This document shows positions 21,301 through 32,670 of a stretch of 35,274 nucleotides of DNA, piece by piece. Positions within the stretch are counted from its first letter, which is position 1, and each line of letters starts with the position of its first letter. This stretch comes from Licmophora abbreviata. Lineage: Eukaryota. The DNA lies in contig OLMU01003074.1 in the NCBI GenBank assembly GCA_900291995.1, forward strand, positions 1 through 35,274, given 5' to 3'. Both the position numbers and the translations under genes were made by a program. The notes under the pieces are model-generated. The model did no database searches. It saw only the letters and a list, made by a program, of their open reading frames with translations, and was not told the origin of the DNA.

Positions 21301-24300
21301 CCATGTTTGACGCGGGTTTATCGGACAAAATCCTGAATGCGGTTGAGCGGGCGAAAACCATGCTTCAGTCCGGTCGAGAGATCTCTGTGCCTCTGCTGGC
21401 TCTCAATATTTTATTAAGGGCCATCGCTTACCGCGTATTTCCTGATGAAAAAATCTCCATTGACGGAGATTCGATACCAAATCCGAGTTCAGAAGCAGCC
21501 AAATCTCCCCCCAGAACCCGGTCTCGAGTCGAGCGCTCGGGCCGCAGTGATGACGCTCTAAGTCGACGCAATAGTCGCAGCATGATGTCCCGACTCTCGT
21601 CACGCAGCCGCGTGAATAGCATAGACTCGCAGGACAGTGGTCTCAACTTTGGAACAGATTCTAGCAGTCTTCGAGTTGCGGTGGTCCACCATGCTAACGA
21701 CTTTCCTCCATTGTGTCCTTTCAGGGACGTAACCTCGACACTTTCCAACTCATTGAGAGGCCGCGATTTCCCTTCTTTTGATATTGACGATTATATAGAT
21801 GATGGCCCCCTTCAACTATCAAGAGGATCGTCCGTAGATTGCTTGTTGCTCGATAGTCTTCCTTGGCTGAAGAGTTCGCTGGAAAGTACACCCAGTACGG
21901 GCAGTGGCATCCTAGATGTGGATGAATCCTGCAAAATATGCGATGAAGATGGGATGCCATTACTGCTACTTGCAATCCGCTTTGGATGTTCACAGGATGT
22001 GATCAACTTTTTAATTCAATCGGGGTCATCCGTTGGCGTCAAAGAAATTATCGCTGCTGCTTTGACGAACCAGTCTGAGACTCTTGGAATTCTGTTGAGA
22101 AACTGGATTCATTCGGAAGGGGCCATCGACACGAGTGCATGGCCGAAAGAGGCACGTGCGGTATATGTGAAAGCCGAAGCTTACCGAAGTTTACAGGAGA
22201 AAAAAGTGCAGGAAGATGGGACGAAACTGGTCACTGCATTAATACTCAAGTTGTGTCACCTAGGCCATTTGTGCCACCGTATGCGATCCACCGAAGCTGG
22301 CGAGTGTCTACGAGCTGTAACGGAGGCACTGGTGGGTAATCCTCTTCTTCGGGTTCTTTCTCGAGCACAGGAAACTGCGTTGTCATCGAACAAGTCACAG
22401 GCGTCATCAAGATTCTCCTCAGCATCTGGCAGGGAAGTCGAGCGAGTTTCCTTGTCCTGTGCAAATTCTTCGGACAAAGACTCTTTCACGACGACGACGT
22501 ACGGCCCCGTGTCGCTTTCGAATGGCTTGCTTCAGATTGCACCTGAAGATGTCTTTCGCAAGTTGCTTTCTCGCGATGCTTCCGTGGACGGATCGACCGA
22601 CCCTCGTTCGGCTCTGCTCTCCTTCATCGAATCTTTTCTCTGGAGCAAAGAATGTGCTGATATTGCGGTAGGGTTATCATCTCTACACCGTCTACTAAAG
22701 TGTGCACCTCTTGCCCAAATGAGTGGCGAATTGGATCGGTACGGGATGAAAGACATGGTTTCACGTCACAGAACTCTCGCCGAGCGTGCGCTTTCAGATA
22801 TTCAGGTGAGGAAACTCCTGTTGGCGTCTTCATCAGAATCGTCCACAGCGGGGGCATCGACGGAGGAAAACAAAGCGAATTGCCCTGGGGCTATGTTCTG
22901 CCCGAAGCACCATGTTGCAGAATTTCACGTAACGAAACATTCGTCTTTTCGATGCGATATCTGCGGTAAGGGTGTTGACCGGGGAATGCCCATGCATGGG
23001 TGTCGATCTTGTGACTGGGACGCCTGCGAGGCTTGTACCGATAAAGCCGAGGGAGGAATAGCGAAGTGGGGCCATGTGTTGGAGCTAGCTTCGGCGTGTG
23101 AGCTCGTTCTCTCCACGAATACCTCCGAAAACGAACAAGGAGAACTTGACTTGGAAGCCTACAACAGTTGCGTGAACGCCATATCAGTCTGTGATGTAAA
23201 AGAGCTGGCTACTAGGATTCGTGGACGTAATCTTGATGCGCTGGCCGAACTGAGGGATCGGCTTGCGTCACCCGGTCTCACGGCAATCCATGAGTTTGCT
23301 TCCTTTATCCTACCGTCCCTTTACGAGTCCCTTCTGCAGGACTGCAAGATCTTGGTGGAGAATAATGGAAATAAGACACCTACCCGTCAGACCAAGAAGC
23401 AGAGGACTCGCGGATCGTTCCGCAACGATGACGGAGCCACGAAGTGGCGAATCAACCGGAAGGATTCTGACCGCGAAGCCTTTTCCCGTGCCGTTTTCGA
23501 GGAGCTGCTTGGTTTTTCGACAGACGCGATGCTCCCTTCAGACCGCCCGGAGTCTATGGCTGAACAAGTCTTCAACGCGATGGCAGTAGAGGAATTGGAA
23601 GAGGGGATAGGTCGTGATCGAGACCCAACTTGTACTAATTCTGTACCCGAAGTCATCTATTTGCTTCACCAGATCTTGTCCTTCTCTGAAAGAGTTGACG
23701 TGTTCTTCAGTGTCGACAGAGGAGCAGGCTGCTCTAGTCGGGCTGAGTACTCCAGTTTGGCGACGCTTACGGAGCCTATCGAGTTGGAGCTCTCGAATTG
23801 GCATCCAGATGAATTTGAAGGCTCGAAGCATGCGAGTTCAACTGTTGTGCTCGCTGAACCGCTGACGCCACTTTCCGACCTTCGACTTCACGTTCTTCGA
23901 GCCTGCCGGATTGATGACGAGACGTATGTTGCATATTGCAAGCGGTAAGTTACTGGGTTATTGCGCAGAGTTCACTTGTCTCTGCCGCTAACAGGTTCTT
24001 TTCAAAAACAGGATTGTGTCGTCTAAGTCCGTCATTGTCATACGACCAAAACGATCGGCACACCAAGCCGACACGAAGAATTGGCAGGTGGCACGCGTTC
24101 TCTCTTACTCCGAGAACACTGGGGCCCATACCATCCAATACATGACAAGTTTCGCAGAGATGGCGCTCTCTACAGAGAGAGTCGTGTTGCGTCGGAGCGG
24201 CTCCTCCATTCTCGACCGGTTTCGATTTGGAGGTAGTGAAACGGCTTTGGTGTTGGCTTGCCGTGACTATTATATAGTCGGACATGACGCCAATGGCGTT

Positions 24301-27300
24301 TGCCACCCTCAAAGCAAAGTGCCTTCAAGTGCGCCCTCCTCTCCCGATTTTCTGGTCGAGTCCGAGGGAGCTGCTGCGAGGTCAGCCCCCACATTGGCTG
24401 GACGACGTGCAGAGACAACGGCTGGGTCGGCTGACGGCTCGACTTGGCTCCCTTGTACAATCTTGAACGAACGACAAGAAAGGGAACCGGAGTCAACTAC
24501 TCGAACTCGACGCTCCCGAATCGTTGACACTTATCATACGGTATACGATGTCGTCACTGACGACGGCGAGGTATATTGCAAAATTGCCCAGCAGCAAATC
24601 CGAGTGAATCGCCCCCATGTTCTAAAGGAAAACGAGCGCGATGGAGTTAACTTCTCCGTCTCTGATCGAAGTGGCAACATTCTTGCTCGAAGCATGTTCC
24701 CCTTCTTCGGCGGGCGCCGAAACGGGCTCGAAAGTGATTCGGATGGGCCAGGGCATTTCCATTACCGGCCCGGAAGCCAGGTTGGGATACTGAAACGCAC
24801 TTGGTCCGCCGTCTCGCCGTTGCAGGACTTAAGCTCCGTTGACCTTAAGTTGGAGGAATCGGAGCCTGACCTTCCGCGTGATCTGCATTGCGCGCACCAG
24901 TGGAATTGTTGTCTCGGATCTACCACCTTTTCATTGAGCGCCGAAGCTGCCATGGTGCAGATACAGCCACGTCTTGACGTGCACTTCGGTACCAGGGACG
25001 TCCTTCCTTCTCCGACTGCAGAATGCGTCGAGGAAGAGACTCTGTTCTCGACCTTGTGCCGCCTACGACGAAGAAGTCACCAAGACAGGCTAGCATTCTG
25101 CCAGGAACTCCGCAATCGACAGAATCTCTTTTACTCCATCAGCTTGGCCAATAGCGGAGGTGATACCTTGATGCCTTCCAAGAGAGTTTCGGAGTCCCTT
25201 CTTCCCTTCAGTCTGCCGACACGGCCGACAGTTATGGAAAAGTTGCAGTCTCACCGTCCATTTTGTGGAGAGTTTGACTTGGCGTGCATGCAATCGATGG
25301 AGATTCTGAACAAGATGGCAAGACACGCACAGAAGGAATCTATCATGGATGAACGTCATCCCCTACGCGCTGACCTTAGGCTCGGACTCTTCCAATCGGA
25401 AACGCTGACCAAGAAGCTTACAGAGCAGCTGGACGACTCGTTGGTTGTCGTAGGGAGTGTCGTGCCCGACTGGGCCGTACTTGGCCCTGCATTTGCTCCC
25501 GGCGTATTCTCGTACGAGTCTCGCCGCCTACTGTTGGATCGTACCGCGTTTGGCATGTCTCGTGCGGTCTTGAGGCAGCAAGAGGCCAAGGTAGCTGTCG
25601 GTCCGTTGCGGAAGAGAATGGCGGTTCTCCGCGCGCGGGCGGTTGAGCTGGTCGGTGAGGCGTTCTCGGGGGGCGCGGAAGATCCTACAGCGCTGCAGTT
25701 ACAGGCTGACGAACTCTACGGAATGGAAGAGGCTCTCGCCGTACGTGTCCAATCTGCTTTTCGAGCTCAGCGATGGCGCGAGCGCTCATTGCAATGCGCG
25801 AAAGTCTCTGTAAATCGGGAGACTCTCTTGGTCGATGCTGCGATTGTCATGGACCGCTATGCTGGCGATAATGCCGTGCGTCGACGTCGACTTGAGATTC
25901 GCTTTGAAGGGGAATCAGGGTTCGATGCGGCGTCCGGAGATGAAGCCGGGGTAACACGGGGTTTCTACGCTGATGTTGCTGAAGCTCTTCTGAGCGCTGA
26001 TCACATCGCGCCCCTTCACTTTTCCGCTGGGTTTTCATCGTGTCCAGATGGCTTCGCTTCGACTAGTTCTGGACTTGACTGCGATATAAAAATGGTCGAA
26101 GAAACTAAGCTCCCACTTTGGATCCCAGACATGGACTCCAGCAGGCATGTGGTCATTCCAACACCTCGCGCTGATCCGGGCAGTACCATTGGCGTGTTTC
26201 CTCGCCCGCTGTCGCCATTCGATGCTCGTCTTCCTTTGGTTATTCAGCAATTCCGTCTTATGGGAAGACTATTTGCGGCAGCGTTGAGAGATTCTTTTAT
26301 GTTCCCCTTACCATTTAGCTGCTCTTTTCTGAAATTGGTTCAGCATGTCGGCACAGACGACGGTGTCGTTGCCCATATTGAGAACCCCCGAACGTTGCAT
26401 GCCTCCAGTTCTGAGATCCATTTGAACCAAAAGCTTCCTCCTCGGCCAACAGCTTCGAATGCTTTGTCTTTCCAGATGAATCGATCTCCACTTTCCGAAG
26501 CAATTAGTGACAGCGGCGTTCGCCTCAAGCTGGATACGTTACACAGTGCGGACCTCCCTCGGCCCGGTTTTCTCGGAGGTGAGGTCTTTGCGGTTGAAAC
26601 TTACATTTGTGAAGCATTGAACCGTTTGGATGCCGCAGATCCGCCGCTGTCTAAGGCAGAAGTCGAAAAGCGCCGAAAGGATGTCGCCTCGGACCGCAGT
26701 TTTGCAAGGGTGGCTCTCGGAAAGTCGTTTGATTGCTCATTTGAAGAATATTTCGAGGATCGAACGTTCGTTGACCCCCTTGATTCCTCTCAGGGGGAAG
26801 AAGCATACCGTCTTTGCCCCGATGGACACCTCCGTCCGGTCACAGTGGACAATGTTCGGGAATGGGTTTGCCTGGCCAAGGACTTCGTCCTGTTCGACGG
26901 AATCGTTGAACAGGCACGGGCATTTCGACGCGGCGTAGAAGATTTTTTCCCCGCCGACTATTTGTCAGTTCTATCCCCGGAAGAACTTCAGCGAGATGTC
27001 TGCGGGTCAGGTGACAATGTGGACAGATGGGACGAGAAAGCGATTCGGGATCTATTTAAGCTTGATGGTACGTCGACATGGGTTGTACGCATGTCCTCCT
27101 ATGCATATGCAGTTGCTCATGTGTGCGGTTTTGTGTGCACTCCAGGTGGCACCGAAGCTCTTGTCGCGGTAGCCGCGATAGGAGGAGAAAGTGGCGCTTC
27201 TCTTAGCAGGCGCTTTGGTCAGTCTTCTCCCACGATCGGGTATCTCATCAAGACTCTACTGGAGAGTTCACCGACACAGCGACGGCAGTTCTTGAGTTTC

Positions 27301-27531
27301 GTCACTAGCGTCCCAATTGTCACCCCGGGGAAGTTGGAAGTGATCCCAATGATTTCCGCAGCGGGGAAGTTCATGCCCATGAACGACCCGACGTGCTTGC
27401 CTCGGGCGAACACGTGCGCTCGTCGCCTCTACCTGCCAAAGTTCGAGAATTACGAGTCATTCGCCCGTGTCCTTCATGCCGTCATACGGGAAGAGAGCAA
27501 GTTTAAAGGATTCTATGAATGGAGGGGTTAG
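18345..27531 (+). CDS. Giant multidomain HECT E3 ubiquitin ligase (~2,807 aa); exons 18345-18474, 18856-19885, 19965-20379, 20467-20588, 20660-23944, 24012-27067, 27146-27531
   Basis: Phase-consistent GT-AG junctions sum to 8424 nt. RanBP2-type finger 'WTCEAC...SCGIC', SPRY-like region, SH3-like 'GDVVELV...WWY', ankyrin-like 'GMPLLLLAIRFG', ZZ-like finger 'CDIC...GCRSCDWDACEAC', HECT 'LEIRFEGESG...GVTRGFY' and catalytic 'LPRANTCARRLYLPKF'. Confidence 0.85.
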
Positions 27532-27700
27532 TCAGACAGAAAGAAACAGACACATGGTGCCTGGTCCCATGCGAACCATCAGCACAATCGCTTGTACGAA
27601 ACTGAAGTTGTTCGGTGCAAATGAGTTAAAAGGGGCATTTTGCAGAATGACATCCGTTCAGGACCGGAAAGAAAGTAATATTATAAGTTACATGTTGCTT

Positions 27701-29367
27701 CTATACACGACATACTTCTGCCCCCCGTTTACTGCTGCGACTGTGGATCGTTTGCATTTCAAGGTCTCCGTTGTTGGTTTTCGTCGTCGTTGTTGCATGC
27801 TGTACTCTGACTCTGTCTTGAAAGTGGGTTCTCTGTTGAAAGTGAGTAACTGCAGACAGGACGGTAGATATCGCAAACGCAGAAGATCCCATTATGAGAA
27901 GCCCGGTGGGAGCTGTGTTGTCCACCAGAGGAGCGCTTATCAGATGAACGATCACGGAAGCGAATCGTCCGCTGGCTGCACATAGACCCATGGCCGTACT
28001 ACGAATACTTGCCGGGAAGGCTTCAGCGGTTACAACCGACAAAGCCGACCACGAAATCACCAATGCTGAATGGAAGACACATGCTGCCAACACGACGGCC
28101 CAGGCCTCGCTAGTGAGACTGCTCAGTAGTGCAAATCCAGCCATGGAGAACGTTGTGCCAAGTACTGAGGATAGTAATACAGCTGTTCGTTTTGTCTTGT
28201 CCAAGACTGCTCCGGCCACAAAGACACCTGGTAGACTCGCGAGAGCGAAGACCAGTGTCATCGTGTAGACATCGTTCACATATGGAAGCTCTGTGGCGTT
28301 CAACGCGGGCGGCCCGTGGTGAGTTCATGTTGCTTTAATAGCAATACTCGCATGCTGTTCCCGCACATTGCACTCTCGCTACACGTACCATAAAATATTC
28401 TTGCAATCCACAAACAAGTGCCGGAGCCAAACGACATGAAGAACCACAATGCTTGGGTTACAAGAATATGCCGTCGCCTTGACGCTCCATATATTTTTCG
28501 TACTGACTCCATGACGCCTTGCTTCGGAGGCGGCTCGGAGTAATGGGCCCGAACCTCATCCTCGCGGAGAGGCTCTCCGCCATGGCCCATCGACTGAGCG
28601 ACTATATTTGCCGCTTGACTGGCGCGCTGGTGCTGTCCCCGCAATGCCAAGAAACGTGCGCTTTCCGGTACAAAGCACGTGACCAAGGCGAAGGAAAGAA
28701 GGCTCGGTGCGGTATTGATCAAAACGAACAGTCTCCAGTTCTTGTCAAACACTCCAAACAAAAGAAATGCGAGTATAGCGACATAGATACTTCCAATCGT
28801 CCAGAAGGCACTGACAAAGTTAAGATAGGAGCCTCGCACTCGAAGCGGTGTGTGCTCCGATGTGAGCGCCAACAGACATGAGACGACACCGCCTATCCCG
28901 AGCCCCATCAAAACTCGACAGGCAATGATCTGCCACGTTTCCATCGATATGGCTGTGGCAATACCAAAAGACGCGTTCAATAACAGACCATACAGAAGCA
29001 CGCTCCTCCGCCCCATTACATCGCAGAGTGGTCCCGCGACAATGCCACCGACCAACATGCCGATGTAGAGAGCGCTCGCAACGATGCCTTCTTTGCCTCG
29101 CACCACGTCCTCGCGAAACCCTTCGTGTGCTAGTAGAAATCCCATACTCCCAATTTCAGAGGCATCTCCCACGTTGGCCAGTCCTAGCGCCACGAACAAC
29201 ATGAAGTAGGGAAGCCGTTTGCCGAGTAGGCGAGCGACGTCGCCTGTGCTGTTTACTGCCGACGGATCCGAATGCGCTTCCTCGTAGAACTCATCAATGG
29301 TTCTATGCATCTTTGCTGCCGTCGGTAGCGTCGCAATGAGCGAAGACACAGGCTTGATACCTTCCAT
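27701..29367 (-). CDS. Major facilitator superfamily transporter (SV2/SVOP-like); exons 29367-28389, 28290-27701
   Basis: MFS motif A 'GPLCDVMGRR', 'RVLMGLGIGG', 'SEHTPLRVRG', 'PESARFL', 'TAEAFPASIRSTAMG'. 98-nt GT-AG intron 28388-28291. Confidence 0.9.
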
Positions 29368-29771
29368 GACGGCGAAATTTCTCCTCGACAAAAGACAGTT
29401 TTTGGCGGCAACACAGCACGGAATGTGCCTCCGTTGAGTTTTGTGACTTCAGAATCGCAAAGGCCCAAACGCACCCCAAATGACTCTAGGAGTGGCATGA
29501 CATTTCCACTTATGGACGGTCATTCTTGTAGTGCGCGCTCCACGCTCTTCAAAACACCAAAGCGCTCTCAGCCACAAAAATGACATGCACGTCGCGTCTT
29601 TCTCAAACTTCAAATCTTCCTGCATTCTCACGGCACACCACATCGAGGCAACTAGGCGCACATCCAGGGACACAATCGTAGTCGACAGTCGCTGTCTTCT
29701 TGTCTGACCTGCCCTGAGCTAGTTGCTGCTGTCCTTCTTGAACTACACCTCCTCGTAAACTCTCGTACACG

Positions 29772-30791
29772 ATGGTCCATTCAATGCTGTATCGTCGTGT
29801 GGCTCGGCTGGCAATGGCCCCTGCAGGCGCTGCATCTGCCATCGCGACCACGTCCCTGTTGCTCGGTGAAACTACAACGACCAAAGCTTCATCGCGGATC
29901 GCCTCTCGTTCTATGGACACGGCTGCTCGATGCTGGCAACGACGGCTTGCGTCGACAGAAGTCAAGAGTACAGAAGGAGTCGCTCGAAAAACCTCCTCGG
30001 CTGCAGCCAACGCGACCGAAGCGACTAGCAAGCCTGTCACCAGTGCGGCACAGCCCTTTTCTCTACTGGCATGGTACGAAACGCACTTGCAAGCCCGTCC
30101 CGTCGCTACCAAAATGGTAACGGGGGCATTTCTGTGGGGTGTTGGCGATGCTGTTGCACAGATTGTCCCTCGAGTGGCCCAGCAACAACAACAACAACAA
30201 CAACAAAAGGAGACGCAGCTCCCACCCTTCTCCTACGACTGGCCCCGTACCGGTCGTGCGGTCTTTTTCGGTTTTGCCATCCATGCACCGGGTAGCCATG
30301 TGCATTTTAACTTTTTGGATTGGCTGACGTACAGAGCAGGAGTAACTGGTCTTGGAATTCCAGTCTTCAAGGCATTCATGGAGCAGGTGCGATGAGCAGT
30401 GTGTGCTGGCGGAAAGTTCGACAAGGAGGGCTGCGGCAAGTGCATTCTCTCACTTCTTTTATCTCCCTCTCTTGTTTCCTAGTTTGTCTACTGGAGTTGG
30501 CTGTCTAACTCCTTGTATCATGGTTGCATGGGTGCCATGCAGGGCCAGAATTTGGATCAGATCTATCACCGCATTGCCGACGTCTTGTGGGAGACGCAAA
30601 AGGCGCAGTGGGTGTTTTGGATTCCAATTCAACTGCTCAACTTTCGTTTTGTACCAGTGCGTCATCAGCTGAACGTGGTCCTGCTGACGTCCATTGTTTG
30701 GACGGCGCTCTTGAGTGCGTGGTATCCGCCGGTGGAAGCGGAAGAAGAGATAGGTGCTGAGGTGATTGATTCCAAAGTGAAGGAGTCGTGA
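29772..30791 (+). CDS. Mpv17/PMP22 family membrane protein with a mitochondrial-like presequence; exons 29772-30386, 30483-30791
   Basis: Motifs 'WYETHLQARPVATKMVTG...GDAVAQ', 'DWPRTGR', 'EQFVYW', 'WIPIQLLNFRFVP...IVWTALLS'. 96-nt intron. Arg/Ala/Ser-rich N-terminus. Confidence 0.92.
30180..30206 (+). repeat. CAG(CAA)8 microsatellite encoding a 9-residue polyQ
   Basis: Directly visible within the Mpv17 coding exon. Confidence 0.95.
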
Positions 30792-31320
30792 TGTTGATAT
30801 TGAGCTAGTAGCGAGGCTTATCGAAAGCTCAAACACGCGTTTTCGATCTTGTTGGACACGAGACAAGCGACGGTGGCTGCAGTGTAGGCGAGAGAGAGAG
30901 TCTTTGGGTTGGAAACTTGTCGATACTGGGTGGGTCTCTCCCAAAGCATTTTGGTAGTTTTGCATGTGCCTCTTTAATGAATTATGATACTGTAGTACGA
31001 AACATATGTTATAGATAGTGCCGTTCTTGAGCTAAGCGGTTGCAGGGAGTGCTAGAGGTGTCTATCGGACATGGCACAGGTACCAGGTATCGTAGCATTG
31101 TAAAATCGGAAAATCGTGACCTCACGAGACTGACTCACTCGGAATCGGGAATGCCCGAAGCACCAATCGCCGAAAATATATTCATCATCACGCCAAATTC
31201 CTTGCGAAGCCGACCGCTGCATGCAAAATGACGATGAGATGCGAAGAACCTTCTTCAATCTAGAACGTGACAGACTTTTCTTCATCGTTGCGGAGCTTGG
31301 CTGTGGTTTTGAATTCTACC

Positions 31321-32574
31321 ATGCCTCGACTTGGTCAGAGTGATTCTGTTACTGGACGTGGAGGATCTCCTCGTCGTCCCGCTGCGTCAGCCTATGCCAA
31401 CCCCTCATTTGGCCGCTTCAACTTTGGGAACATCTTAATGCTGCTGTCCCTCACGTTCATTCTGAGGAATCTATTCTTTCATGTGAGTAGTAGAACAGAA
31501 AACAATTCATATCTCATATCCTAGTTTCGTCAGATGAGCAGCCTAGCTAATCGGAATTGCGTTCTTTTGCTGCGCGATTCTTCGTCACAGGATTATCGGA
31601 CGGAGGAAATCAACCAACTGAAGGCTTCCGGGAAGAGCGCCGACGAAATCAACCAGTATATCCAGCCCAAGGCTGAAGAGCGAAAACAAACTGCAGCTCA
31701 GCGCCTCACGGAGTATCAGACTCTCAAGGCGGACGTTGCAAGACTAAAAGACCAAGTAGCTGAGTTGCACGCCAGGATGGACGTCGCGGCCGATAGCGCC
31801 GCGCTGGACATGGCGATTGTTCCGGGCGAACCGAAGATACCTGCGAACGTGGAAGCGGTGGGAGCAATGGTGCAAGAGGAAATTGAGGAAGGAGTAGTAG
31901 ACACTCAGGAGGTTGATATCCGTGGAGTGCGCCGGCGGCAAATGGAACTTGCTGAGGCCACGCAGCCGGACGCTGAGATAAAGCAACGTGTGCCGGCGGT
32001 CCATGTGCGTCGGCGCAAGGTGGAACTTGAGGAAGACACCCAAGAGGCTACAGAAGAGGAGGAAGAAGTCTTGGAGGTGGTCGAACAAGATGAAGTAGAG
32101 GAGACAGCGGAAGAGCCGGAGGAGATACTAGAAGAAGAAGAGGAAGGTGTAGATGGAGAAGAAACGCAGGAGGAAGCCGATCCAGCTACAGATTTGGAGG
32201 AAGAACAATCCCAAGAAATGCCGAAGGCGCGAACAGTTGTTGATGCCGAAGTCAGTAGAGAGCGCCCAATCAAGACTGTTTTAAAGAGACTGGAACCGTT
32301 GAAGAAGCCGACGATGCTGAAGACTGCAACCGGAGGAGGTCTTCCCTCTCCGAGGAAGTCGACTGTCGCAAAGCGGAAAAAGACACCCACCAGGAATGTG
32401 ATCTCGCCACAGGACCCGGGAGTTATCGCGAAGAAGAAAAAGAAAGCGGTCACCAAGACGACGACGGGAGTGAAAAAGTCTTCTACGACGGACGGTGCCG
32501 CTGGCGCAACTACGGCACGGAAGGTAGTCAAGAAGAAGAAGGCGAAGAAGAAAGTAACAGGCGTCATTCAGTAA
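31321..32574 (+). CDS. Unknown single-pass membrane protein with coiled coil, Glu-rich and Lys-rich regions; exons 31321-31482, 31591-32574
   Basis: ATG 31321, TM-like 'NILMLLSLTFILRNLFF', 108-nt GTGAGT...CAG intron in phase 0, long open frame. Confidence 0.7.
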
Positions 32575-32670
32575 TTGGATCTATTATTCTGCCCGATTGT
32601 AAGTTCTTTGAGTACTGATACTTCATAGACGTTAGTACGATCGACGTATTCGACAGACTAGACATGTAGA

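Noticed and set aside
31905..32567. 220-aa antisense Phe/Ser-rich ORF
   Set aside because: Mirror of the Lys/Glu-rich codons on the plus strand.
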